Source: Ostreococcus lucimarinus
Lineage: Eukaryota
DNA length: 64,000 bases
Assembly (NCBI GenBank): GCA_000092065.1
Contig: CP000597.1
Direction: 5' to 3' (one strand)
Positions 1 to 9,547 of this stretch are shown here, one piece after another. Numbering within the stretch: position 1 is the stretch's first letter; each line of letters begins with the position of its first letter. A program made the translations under genes and the position numbers. Below the pieces are notes generated by a model. The model made no database searches and had not been told where the DNA came from. It was given only the letters and a program-made list of their open reading frames with translations.

Positions 1-1250
1 TTCGCGCGAACGGTGGGCGCCGTGTCGGCGGTGTCTTCGTCGTCGGCGTTGCCATCCTCCGCATCGCTTTCGTCGTCGTCACTCTTTGCCTTCGCTGGTT
101 TGGGATCGCAACCCTCAACGCTGTACGCGCTGCACACGTGATGAGAGCATCGCGAATACGAACTGCTCTGCGTCGCGGCCGGGGAGTCGTCGAGGTAACA
201 ACTTTGACAACCTTCGCTCGATTTTTCGACGCACCCGAGGACATCGCCGGAATCTTCCATGCAAGCCTTGTTGTATTGTCTATAAATACCGTGCTTAGAC
301 TCAATTTGCACGGGTGCACACGATGGCGTGGCCTTGACGTCGTCATCTTCCTCCTCCTCCTCGTCTTCTTCGTCTTTGATGGACGGCGTGACGCCGAGCG
401 ACGCCTCCGATGGCTTCGACTTTTTGCTAGACTTCTTACGCTTTGTCGACTTTTTCTCGTCGGTGTCATCCGTGTCGTCGACGACTGCATCATCAACGTC
501 GACATCGACGTCGTCGTCTGCGTCGAGGTCATCGTTCTCATCCTCTTCATCCTTCGTGGTTGAAGACTTTTTCTTCAAAGCTGATTTTGTCTTTGACGTC
601 TTCGACGAGGATTCCTCGGTTTCGTCGGCGACGTCGTCTACACTGCTCGTGCCCGCGGTCACGCGTTTCAAGCTTCCTTTTAAGCCTTTCAAAATCTTAT
701 CCGTCGTCGCTTTTAACGGTTGAAGCGTGGGATCAGCCGTCGTAAGCGTCCCCGCGCCACCTCTGATTTCCATCGTTCTCGGCGATGCGGCGCTCGAGTA
801 AAGCACGGCGCCGACGCCACACGCGACGACGGCGGAGACCGCGACGACGGTGTACGTGACGACGTGACTCTTAATCCCGAAAAACGACCGCCGAACCTTG
901 CGCTTGCGACCGCCATCTAGCAATGAAGCAGTCTCGCTCTCCTCGCGAGCGCGCTCGCGGTCGCGCTTCGCCTCGCGCTTGGCTTCCTTCTTGGCCAACT
1001 TTTCCGCCTTTCGGCGCGCGCGTTCCGCCTCCAAAGCGCGCCGCTCTTCTTCGCGTTTCTTTCGCGCGCGCTCTTCCTCGCGCCTCGTCAAATCAGCCTG
1101 AGAAACGAACCCGAATCCTTCCTCTTCGTCCCCGCCTCGTCGTCTCGCGCTTCGCGCCCGCTCCAACCCGCTCGCGAACTCATCGTCATCGCTCTCATCG
1201 CTGTCGACCCCGCCCAAGCGCTCGGCGACGAGTTTCGACGTCTTACGCAT
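1..1250 (-). CDS. partial gene, with its 3' end beyond the window start. The product has a basic/charged N-terminal region, one predicted transmembrane helix (VVTYTVVAVSAVVACGVGAVLY), a long poly-Asp/Glu tract and a Cys-containing tail; hypothetical membrane protein
   Basis: Manual translation of the minus strand. The frame whose ATG is the reverse complement of 1248-1250 stays open all the way to position 1. It is absent from the ORF track, presumably because there is no stop in the window. Third-position G/C bias is clear in the upstream half and weaker toward position 1. Confidence 0.4.
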   Translation of the reverse strand, partial: MRKTSKLVAERLGGVDSDESDDDEFASGLERARSARRRGGDEEEGFGFVSQADLTRREEERARKKREEERRALEAERARRKAEKLAKKEAKREAKRDRERAREESETASLLDGGRKRKVRRSFFGIKSHVVTYTVVAVSAVVACGVGAVLYSSAASPRTMEIRGGAGTLTTADPTLQPLKATTDKILKGLKGSLKRVTAGTSSVDDVADETEESSSKTSKTKSALKKKSSTTKDEEDENDDLDADDDVDVDVDDAVVDDTDDTDEKKSTKRKKSSKKSKPSEASLGVTPSIKDEEDEEEEEDDDVKATPSCAPVQIESKHGIYRQYNKACMEDSGDVLGCVEKSSEGCQSCYLDDSPAATQSSSYSRCSHHVCSAYSVEGCDPKPAKAKSDDDESDAEDGNADDEDTADTAPTVRA

Positions 1251-1900
1251 CCTTCGCCTCCGTTCGCTGTCTCTACCGAACGTGCTGTGCGACGGCGACT
1301 CGTCCCCGTCGCTCGCGCCGTCGCCGCCCGCGCGATCCCACGCGCTTCGTCGCCCCCCCCCTCCGCGCCCGTCCCCCCCGCCCGCCTCCACGTCCTCGTC
1401 GCGATCCCTCGCGAACGCATCGTCGTCGTGATCGTCGACGACGCGCGTCTCCTCGTCGCTCTCCGACGCCGTCGTCGCCGTTCGGCGCGCGTCTTCGTCG
1501 TCCGAGCTCTCGCGCGAGCGCACCGACCGCGCGTCGCTCGACGCGTTCTTCGCGCAGCACACCATGCGCGCGCGATCGGGACGCGTTCGCGCGCGCGTCC
1601 TCGTCGCTCGCCGATCGTCGTCGCGCGCGCGCGAGCGCGTCGGGGTGTTACGCGTTCCTCACGCCGGCTGGGTGTTACGCGTGCCTCACGAGGACTCTGA
1701 CGAGTCATGACTCAAGCGTAAATAATACACGTATGGACACTTGAATACGTTGGACATGTGGATATGAATCGACATACGAAACAAAAACAATCCGTTCCCG
1801 CGTTGACGGGTGAAGTGAAGATTAAATACTGTACCGTCCACGGCGTTTGAGGTTTCGGGCGGGCGCGGCGCGACTGCGGACGACGAACGACGCCGCGCGC

Positions 1901-1941
1901 GACGACGACGACGACGACGACGACGCGCGACGACCGCGTCG

Positions 1942-1974
<33 letters not shown>
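1901..1974. repeat. inverted trinucleotide repeat: (GAC)8 - 20 bp spacer - (TCG)10, capable of forming a hairpin or cruciform
   Basis: direct reading of 1901-1925 (gacgac...) and 1944-1974 (tcgtcg...). Confidence 0.9.
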
Positions 1975-1976
<2 letters not shown>

Positions 1977-2886
1977 GGGACGCGCGCGCGCGTCGCCGTC
2001 CGTCGCGCGCGCGCATCCCTCGACGCGCGCGACGACGGCCGACGCCCGACGCGCGCGCGCGCGTCGCTTGACGGAAACGACCGCGCCGACGGAAACGACG
2101 CTTCGTTCGAATTCAAACGCGCACGCGCGCCGCGCGCGCGCGACGTCGAGATTTTTCCTCGAGTGCGGACCCGCGGCGCGAAAAAAGCGCGACGCGCGGG
2201 AACCGCGGCGAAAAAGATTAATTTCCGCGTCAGCACCCGCGGCGACCCCGCGCGCGCGGCGCGCGCCCGCGATCGCGACGTTTTTCGTATATAGATGCAT
2301 CACGGGGTTCAATGCGTACACGCGCGTGGGTAAATATGTCGACACGCGTGTCGCCGCGATCGCGGGCGCGCGCCGCGCGGCGAAAATTTATCGCATTTAT
2401 CGCTCGCGCGCGGAGTCACGACTCGCCGACGCGCGAATCCCGCGAAATCCCGCGCGGGGGTGGATAATATCTTCCCGTAGTGCGTCGCGTCGATCGCCCA
2501 TGAGGGCTGTGAAAAAAACCCGCGCGCGAGATTTCGATTTTCACGAACGGTTCATGGTGTTCGTGCGCGCGCGAATGCGTGATCGCCGCGCGTCCGGCGT
2601 GGGTTCGGACGTTCGGGCGATACGAACGGACGTCCGGCGCGTGGCCCGGAGACGACGCCCGACGCGCGCGTGCGCCCGGCGCGCGTTACGCGGGGCGCGC
2701 GCGCGCGGCCGCACACGCGCGCGCACGCCGGGCGCACGCGAGCGACGCGCGCGGTTCGCGGTCGATCGATTCGAACGTCGCTCGATCGATCGACGCGCGC
2801 GCGAGACGCCGACCCGCGACGCCGACCCGACCCGCGACGTCGTTGTTAACGTCGCCGCGATCGATCGGCGTCGCGCGACGCGGGCG

Positions 2887-4379
2887 ATGATGGCGACGCC
2901 GCGCGAGCTCGACGCGCCGAGCGCGGGCTCGCCCGCGCGCGACGACGGCGCGAAAGATTTTCGTCGAACCGAATCCGTCGACGGCGAGGCCATCGCGCGC
3001 GAGCGCGCGCACTCGTTCAGCACGCAGTGCTCGTCGCAGACGACGATCGCGGACTTGGGCCAGGGGCGCGACGACGACGACGACCGCGTCGAGGACGAAC
3101 GCGTCGCGTTCGACGTCGCGCGCGATCGCGACGCGCGCGCGATCGACGAACGGGCGGAGAGAGAAACGCGCGATGCGATGGTAGCGCTCGCGCGCGCGCG
3201 CGCGGACGCGATCGGGCCGGACGGCGCGGATTTATGCGCCGACGTCGCGCGCGAGCTCCTGCGGCGCGAGCGCGCGGATCACGGGGCGTTCGTGTTGGAC
3301 GGCGCGACGGCGCATCACGCGGCGTACCGGGCGCAGTTGGTGGAGTGGATTTTGGACGTGTGCGCGGGGGAGCGGTACGGGCCGACGACGGCGGACGTCG
3401 CGATCGGATACATGGTGCGTGGACGATGCGATGCGACGCGATCAACTGTCTCGCCTCCTGGCTGGCTGATTCCGGGGGAGGGGGCCAGGGGCGATCTTGA
3501 TCTTATCTTCGCCGCGACCGACCGCGATGTTCGGACGAACGGCGAAAAAAATAAAACGTCGGAAACGATTCGAAACGCACGAACGCGCGCGATGGGGACG
3601 ATGGCGAACGATTGAACGAACGACTGACGACGAACGCGGACGCGACGAATGCGCAGGATCGAGTGTTGTCGAAAACCGTGGTGCCGAAGACGTCTTTACA
3701 TCTCGTCGCGCTGTGCTGCTTGCAGATTGCGGTGAAATACGAAGAGATTGAGGAACGTGTGCCGACGATGGCGAAACTTCGCGCGTGGACGTCGAACATG
3801 TACTCGCCGGATATCATTCAAAAGATGGAGTTGGCGGTGTTGATCGAGCTCAAATGGGAGCTCGGCATTCTGACGCCGGCGCACTTTTTGGAATCTTTCT
3901 TGACCATGATGAACGGTGGGACGACGAGCGAGGACGAAGTGGACGTCGGTGTGTGGACGCCGCAGTATCAAGAGGAGTTGAGACATTTGGTGTGTCAAAT
4001 GTACTCGTTGTGCGTGCAAGACGTGAGCTTGGCCAACGAGCTGCCGTCGCGCGTCGCCGCCGCCGTCATCGCAGCGTCGAGGTTGAACTTGGGCATCAAG
4101 CCCTTGTGTCCACCGACGCTCCGAGTTGCGGCGAACGTGACACCGCAGCAAATCTATCCTCTCGTGACGCACATGCACAGAATGTGGGAAGAAGCGTACG
4201 AAGACGACGAGACGACGATGATGGAAGCCGACGTCAAGGCCCACGCGGATTTCAACTCGCTCGCCATCGCCATTCCGCAACAAGAAGGTGTGGTGTATGC
4301 CGATAAACCCGGGTTCGAGCAGCGCATCACTGAAAACGCATCGCCGACGTGTCCGTTGGATATGCAGTGGGACGAATGA
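2887..4379 (+). CDS. D-type cyclin (cyclin N- and C-terminal folds), two exons: 2887..3414 and 3657..4379
   Basis: Two ORF-track ORFs (2068..3615 and 3612..4379) each carry half of a cyclin box. YRAQLVEWILDVCAGE...AIGYM ends exon 1 and DRVLSKTVVPKTSLHLVALCCLQIAVKYEE...ELKWELGILTPAHFLESFL starts exon 2. Joining them at GT (3415) / AG (3656) restores the conserved ...YMDRVLS... (cf. NYLDRFLS in cyclin D). The start is taken at ATG 2887 (MMATPRELD...) because the upstream part of ORF 2068 is Arg-rich low-complexity sequence. Confidence 0.8.
3415..3656 (+). other. spliceosomal intron (242 nt, phase 0) in the cyclin gene, GTGCGT...GCGCAG
   Basis: The cyclin box is interrupted by in-frame stops. 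Canonical GT/AG at these positions restores frame and conserved motif. Confidence 0.75.
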
Positions 4380-4770
4380 GCCGACGCGTTTCAGAGTCGA
4401 GAAATGGAGAGAGAAAGGGGTGAGATTCTGTGAGAATCGAGAGACCGAATCGAGAGACCGAATCGGTTAGTAAGTATGGACGGGATTATCGCGGTAACTA
4501 TTATCCTACCGCGGTACGCCCATCGTACCCCAAGGCGATCAAGGAGTATTCCATCATGTCGGGTAACCAAGCGAGCGCGACGGCGGTATCGTCATCACGA
4601 GACAACGCCGACTGCGCGGTGTATTATTTGTTTGATTTGTGCCAAATGTATTCTATTTTAATCAAAAGAGAAAGATATTTCGATACAACAAATCACACGT
4701 ACTTTACAAGAATCTAAATGCGTGGCGCGCTATCTTTTGTTCGTTCAATCGTCGCGCGCGCGCGCTACGT

Positions 4771-5769
4771 TTAACATCGCATGCCTTCCTCGGTGACCGT
4801 GTACGCGCCTCCGTGGCGGCGCACCGGTACGTCCCACGTCGCTACGCCCGCGTACTCACCGTATCCAACGCGTTTGTTCGACGGCGCCAACAAGACGCGC
4901 TGCGTCACCGCGTTCGTCCACTCCACGGGTAAGAAATCCTTGTACTGCCCACCCCGTCGACCATCGTTCGACGACAACGTCGTCTTTGTCACCACAACCG
5001 CCGCCCTATGCGCGCTCGCTAGGCGCTTGAACAATCTCGCCGCGGCGGAAAACACGCGCTGAATGTTAAACGGCGCCCCGTGGTCCTTCCTCGATGCTCG
5101 ATCGAGCCAGTAAAACGCCGCCACGTTGTCACAAATCACCAACCGCTGCGACGCGAATTTCGCCATCTCACCGCTTTTGGCACCGTTCGTACCTCCACCC
5201 TCTGCGTCCTCCCCCGTCTCCCTCGTCTCCGCCGTCTCCGCGTCCACGAACAGTCCGTCTCTTTTCGCGCTCTCGATCGCTCCGCTCCACGCCGCGTCCA
5301 GCGCCGTCAGCGTCTTCAACGCGTCCACCATCCCGTGCGCCCTCACCAGCGTGAATCTCGACATCGATTCCTCGTACACCTCATCTCGCATCGTCACTCG
5401 CTGATTCTCTCGCACGTTCGCCAGCTTTTCCTCAATCTTTCGATTCAGCGCTCGCAGCAGCCGCAGTTGGTCAAACTTTCCATCGCAATCGATGACGATC
5501 ACCCGCGCCTCGCTCCCGTCGTACCGCACCCCGTCCCGCGCTCGCGGCAGCACGGCGTGCGCGGCGATCTCGGTGACGAACTCCGTCTTCCCCGACCCCG
5601 GCGCGCCGACGATCTCGACGATCTCTCCCGCGCGAAGCGCCGGTTCGGGGTCGCGCGCGTCGACGAACGGAATCCCGCTCCGCAGCGGCTCTCGCAGCGC
5701 GCGGTCGAGGTACGCGCGCGCCGTCTCGCTCGGCGCGAGGAACGCGAGCGTTTCTTCCAGCGTGTTCAT
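4771..5769 (-). CDS. RAD51 paralog, XRCC2-like (RecA-fold ATPase)
   Basis: Walker A GEIVEIVGAPGSGKTEF followed by VIVIDCDGKFDQLRLLRAL, which resembles XRCC2 (VLFIDTDYHFDMLRLVTIL). The start is set at MNTLEE (ATG = revcomp of 5767-5769) because the upstream Arg-rich extension of ORF 4771..5871 would overlap the divergent TRAPPC5 start. Confidence 0.6.
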   Translation of the reverse strand: MNTLEETLAFLAPSETARAYLDRALREPLRSGIPFVDARDPEPALRAGEIVEIVGAPGSGKTEFVTEIAAHAVLPRARDGVRYDGSEARVIVIDCDGKFDQLRLLRALNRKIEEKLANVRENQRVTMRDEVYEESMSRFTLVRAHGMVDALKTLTALDAAWSGAIESAKRDGLFVDAETAETRETGEDAEGGGTNGAKSGEMAKFASQRLVICDNVAAFYWLDRASRKDHGAPFNIQRVFSAAARLFKRLASAHRAAVVVTKTTLSSNDGRRGGQYKDFLPVEWTNAVTQRVLLAPSNKRVGYGEYAGVATWDVPVRRHGGAYTVTEEGMRC

Positions 5770-5869
5770 CCGCGCGTCGCGCGCTCGCGCGACATCAACC
5801 GCGACGCGTCGACGAGTGCGACCGACTCGCGGCGTCCGCCGAACGAATCGCCATCGCGCGGCGCGCGGC

Positions 5870-6604
5870 ATGCGCGCGTCGACGCGCGATCGCCCGGGGG
5901 AGGTGTCGCGAAGCGCGTTCGATCACCTGTGCGCGGAGATGGTGCGCGAGGCGTTCAGGGCGACGCGCGCGGGCGCGGCGAGAGGCGACGCCGGGGAGGA
6001 ATTCATGGACGACGCCGCGGACTGGATGCGACGCGTCGACGGCGAGACCGCGCGCGCGGCGTGCGACAGGCTCGAACGCGTGGGATTTCGCATCGGCGAG
6101 CGCGTCGGCGAGCGCGTGAGCGCGCACGAGGATCCGTTCGCGGACGAGCAGAGCGCGATCATGTGCGCGTGCAAAGAGTTTTGGACCTTCGCGCACGGCA
6201 AGCGCGTCGACGCGCTCAAGACGAACAACAAGGGCACGTTCGTGTTTCACGACGATCAGTTTCGAGCGATGCGAGGCGTGCGATGCTCGAGCTCGAGCGC
6301 GGGCTCGAGCGCGGGCTCGAGCGCCGCCGCGTCGTCCGCCGCCGACGCGCTCGCCGACGCCGCGCTCGACGCCGTCGAGCGCGCCTACCTCGCCCTTCAC
6401 GCCGGCGTCGTTCGCGGCGGCTTAAAATCCTTCGGCATCACCGCTCGCGTGCGCGGCGAGCTTCGCGCGTCGCCGTCGTCGGCGTCGCGCGACGCGCGTC
6501 GACGCCCTTCGCGTCCGGGCTTCGCGTTCGCGCCCGCGCCGTCGCCCGCCGTCGCGTTCGTCGTCGACGTCGCGCGTCCGTCCCGCGCCGCGCCGGCGTC
6601 GTGA
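5870..6604 (+). CDS. TRAPP complex subunit 5 (Trs31/Bet3 family)
   Basis: SRSAFDHLCAEMV...CDRLERVGFRIGERVGERVS...CKEFWTFAHGKRVDALKTNNKGTFVFHDDQF matches TRAPPC5 (FLCKDLW...QMDSLRTNHQGTYVLQDN). Start at ATG 5870-5872 (MRASTRDRPGEV); upstream ORF sequence is antisense of the XRCC2-like gene. Confidence 0.65.
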   Translation: MRASTRDRPGEVSRSAFDHLCAEMVREAFRATRAGAARGDAGEEFMDDAADWMRRVDGETARAACDRLERVGFRIGERVGERVSAHEDPFADEQSAIMCACKEFWTFAHGKRVDALKTNNKGTFVFHDDQFRAMRGVRCSSSSAGSSAGSSAAASSAADALADAALDAVERAYLALHAGVVRGGLKSFGITARVRGELRASPSSASRDARRRPSRPGFAFAPAPSPAVAFVVDVARPSRAAPAS

Positions 6605-6808
6605 CGCAAGTATCATCGTTGTAACACCGCGCGCGTTCTCGTCGCCGCGCGCGTCCATCGCGACCCTTCGACGCCCGGTCGCCGCGCCGCGCGTGTTCGG
6701 CGCGTGTTCGCCGCGCGTTTTCGGTGCGTTTCGGCGCGATCGCTCGCGACGCACTTAGGGTTCGCGCGCGTCGAATACGAACGACCCTCGCGTTCGCGAA
6801 GGCAAACG

Positions 6809-6913
6809 CAAAAAAAATAAAAAAAATAATACCCGACCCCTGAGGGGTCACCTCAGATTTCGCGAGGGGTCGGCACTCGTCGCGAGGGGTCACTCGCACC
6901 GAATGTCCGAACC
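6809..6913 (+). promoter_or_regulatory. Intergenic block between TRAPPC5 and the hydrolase gene. It has an A-run (6809-6830), a CCCC-TGA-GGGG hairpin, three copies of GAGGGGTC (6842, 6865, 6885) and one copy of the recurrent motif CCGAATGTCCGAAC (6899-6913), about 280 bp upstream of ATG 7195
   Basis: direct reading; the motif recurs at 51717, 56041 and 58426. Confidence 0.45.
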
Positions 6914-7194
6914 ATACCCCCTCCTCACTGTTTGCCCTATACGCCCCCAGCGCGCGCGTCGGCGCCGGTCGGTCGGCGCCGCGTCGGCACCGCATCGGCG
7001 CCGCATCGGCGCCGCGTCGGCGCGCCATCGCGCCGCGCGCGCGACGACCGCGCGCGCGACGACGACGGCGACCGCGCGCGCGACGACGACGGCGACGACG
7101 CGAACGACGACGACGGCGCGCCGAATCGAATCGCGCGCGCCGTCGTCGTCGAACGAAGCATCGATCGACCGACCGGGACATCGATCGAACGACG

Positions 7195-8595
7195 ATGTTC
7201 GCGGCGTGCGCGCGCCGGGAGAAGACGCGCGGACGCGCGACGCGAGATCGAATCGACGCGCGCGTGGACGCGGTGGTGCGCGCGATGACGCGCGCGGACG
7301 CGACGGAGGAGGCGACGACGAGCGAGGGACGACGCGCGACGGCGGACGACGAACCGCTGACGCACGAGGGCGAGTGGCCGCGCGCGGAGGGAATGTCGCT
7401 GATCAATAAGGCTATATTTCAGGCGCCCGCGAGCTCGTACGGGGCGCGGTCGCACCCGTGGTCGCCGGCGCACTGCGCGAGGGTGCGGTCGGGGGCGGGG
7501 TACGAGTTTCCGTGCGTGTGGATCGCGTGCAAGCGCGCGCCGGCGGAGCGAGTCGTCATACACTGTCACGCGAACGCGTGCGATATCGGACACATACACT
7601 CGCTCTGCGCGCGAGACGCGGAGTGCTGGCGGGCGAACGTGCTGCTGGTGGAGTATCCGGGATACGGGACGTCGGAGGGCGTGGCGTACGAACGCGCGGT
7701 CGATCGACACGTCGCGGCGGCGTACGTGTACGTCACGGAAGAGTGTGGGGTGAATCCGCGAGACGTCGTAGTGCTCGGACGATCGCTCGGGACGGGACCG
7801 GCGACCAAGCTCGCGGCGGCGGTGGAGCGACTCGACGGCGCGCAGTTGGGCGGGGTGATTTTGCACTCCCCTTTCACGAGCGTGAAACAGGCTGGGTTAG
7901 TGCTTTTGGGGCAAATCGCGCACATTATGGATGATCGATGGGATAATCGCGAATGGGTGCGCGCGTATAAGGCGAGAACGCTCATCGTGCACGCGATCGA
8001 GGACGAAGTCGTGCCGTTTGCCCACGCCCAGGAGCTCGACGAAATCAGGCGCGCGGCGGGGCTACACTGCAAACTCCACTCCACGCACGGCACGCACAAC
8101 TATTTTTCCTATTACCGAGACTACTTGCAGCCGATATTGGAGTTCATCGATTCGAACATCAAGCCCGGGACAGGGGCACGCAAGCTCGCCCCGCTCGCCG
8201 ATCCGATTCCTCGGTGCGCGTTCTCCGAGGCGCAGGTCAGAAACATCATGGCCATGGTCAAGGCTCAGGTTCCGAACGAAGCGGAAGCGAACGTTCCGTT
8301 GGGTTTGCGATTTTACGGCATGGTGGATTCGGTCGGGGATACGATTTCCCCCGTCTCGACTTCGCCGACCAAGAGCGGGTTCTCGCGCTTTGGCTCGTCT
8401 GGCGCCTTGAGCACGGGCTCGTGGCCGCCCAAAAGCGGACGCACATCGCCGAAAACGCCACAGAAAACCGGCAAGTCGAAATCAATCTCACCCACATCCA
8501 CGATCGTGGGTGACATCGATCCCGAGAACGACGCAGACGACATGATTCTGACGCCGGGCGGCGCCAAGCCGAGGCTCACGCCTCTGCGCGGTTGA
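7195..8595 (+). CDS. alpha/beta-hydrolase, ABHD17/FAM108-like serine hydrolase
   Basis: GRSLGTG nucleophile elbow (GxSxG). VIHCHANACDIGHI...LLVEYPGYGTSEG...VVLGRSLGTGPATKLAA...ILHSPFTS...LIVHAIEDEVVPFAHAQEL matches the ABHD17 core. The true start may be the internal Met (MSLINKAIF...). Confidence 0.65.
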   Translation: MFAACARREKTRGRATRDRIDARVDAVVRAMTRADATEEATTSEGRRATADDEPLTHEGEWPRAEGMSLINKAIFQAPASSYGARSHPWSPAHCARVRSGAGYEFPCVWIACKRAPAERVVIHCHANACDIGHIHSLCARDAECWRANVLLVEYPGYGTSEGVAYERAVDRHVAAAYVYVTEECGVNPRDVVVLGRSLGTGPATKLAAAVERLDGAQLGGVILHSPFTSVKQAGLVLLGQIAHIMDDRWDNREWVRAYKARTLIVHAIEDEVVPFAHAQELDEIRRAAGLHCKLHSTHGTHNYFSYYRDYLQPILEFIDSNIKPGTGARKLAPLADPIPRCAFSEAQVRNIMAMVKAQVPNEAEANVPLGLRFYGMVDSVGDTISPVSTSPTKSGFSRFGSSGALSTGSWPPKSGRTSPKTPQKTGKSKSISPTSTIVGDIDPENDADDMILTPGGAKPRLTPLRG

Positions 8596-8671
8596 GAATT
8601 TCTTCGTCTGTATATGTATCACAAGCGCGCGCGTGAAACTGTATGTTTATTTGTAATGATAATCTGACGTA

Positions 8672-9547
8672 TCACGCAATCAAGCGCAGGAGCTGTCCGG
8701 AGAGCTGAAACGACTTCCCAGTCTCCTCGAGGCACCGATCCTTCTCTTCGCGCGACCACGCCTCGGCGGTTTCGTTTAACAAATTTCTCACCCGAGCCAA
8801 AGATTCATCCAAGCCCCCGTTCGCGCGCCACTCGTAAAATTCCAGTTCTTTACCATCCAAAATGAGCTCGCTCACCTTGCGTCCGATCATCCGTCCCCCC
8901 GCGCTGTGCGCAAAGTAGACGTTGTAAAAGTGACAAATAAACTCGGGCGGCGACGTCGCCGCGAGCGCCTTGAGCGTCTCCGCGTACTCCTTCCCCGCCC
9001 CCGTCGCTTCCCTCGGCGCCAACCCGAATCGCTCCTCCATATACTTAATATCCTTCCTCAGCGCCTCCGAGCGCTCTAACCCACAATTATTAAACTTTCC
9101 ATACGTTTTTTCGTTTTCGTTCGCCGCCACGACGCGCTCCATCGCCTCGTACACCGCCAGCGACTCCACCAAAAAGTTCAAGTATCCCTCCGCCGTCGGC
9201 GTCCATCGCGCCACGGGCTTTTGTTCCGACTTCGTCGCGTCCGTCTTTTTCTCTCCCTCCCTCGGCGCTTGCTCCCGCGTGTGCAGCGACATCGCGACGC
9301 GTCGCATCTCTTCGACGAAGCCTTTTTGTTGTCCCATCGACGCGCCGTGTCCGTGTCCGTGCGCGCGCGCGCGCGCGTGAGACGCCCGCGCGCGCGACAG
9401 AGAGGGCGCGCGCGCGACGTGCGCGCGCGACGACGGCGCGGCGGCGCGCGCCAGCGGCATGTCGGCGCTTCTACGTGCGCGCGAGCGCGTCGGACGGTGA
9501 CGTCGAGATTCATTCGTTGGGTTTCGAGCTCTCGTCCCGTCGTGCAC
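8672..9547 (-). CDS. HO1: heme oxygenase 1, plant/plastid type (HY1-like), with an N-terminal Arg/Ala/Ser-rich presequence
   Basis: Very close match to plant HO1: EEMRRVAMSLHTREQA...VARWTPTAEGYLNFLVES...GLERSEALRKDIKYMEE...EFICHFYNVYFAHSAGGRMIGRKVSELILDGKELEFYEW...REEKDRCLEETGKSFQLSGQLLRLI. Confidence 0.8.
   Translation of the reverse strand: MHDGTRARNPTNESRRHRPTRSRARRSADMPLARAAAPSSRAHVARAPSLSRARASHARARAHGHGHGASMGQQKGFVEEMRRVAMSLHTREQAPREGEKKTDATKSEQKPVARWTPTAEGYLNFLVESLAVYEAMERVVAANENEKTYGKFNNCGLERSEALRKDIKYMEERFGLAPREATGAGKEYAETLKALAATSPPEFICHFYNVYFAHSAGGRMIGRKVSELILDGKELEFYEWRANGGLDESLARVRNLLNETAEAWSREEKDRCLEETGKSFQLSGQLLRLIA

Noticed and set aside
2068-2886. N-terminal 273 codons of ORF 2068..3615 as part of the cyclin
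   Set aside because: Arg-rich low complexity, embedded in CGCG-rich promoter-like sequence. Cyclin homology starts well downstream, so ATG 2887 is preferred.
5080-6624. Long Arg/Ala/Pro-rich ORFs overlapping real genes on the opposite strand or in other frames (e.g. 5080..6624 +, 6438..7406 -, 13741..14982 +, 35365..36930 -, 42740..44812 +, 43039..44706 -, 60144..61145 -, 62854..63999 -)
   Set aside because: Composition is almost only R/A/P/S/G with (CGN)n codons and no third-position preference. They are antisense or frame-shifted shadows of genes with clear homology. High GC makes stop codons rare in all six frames.
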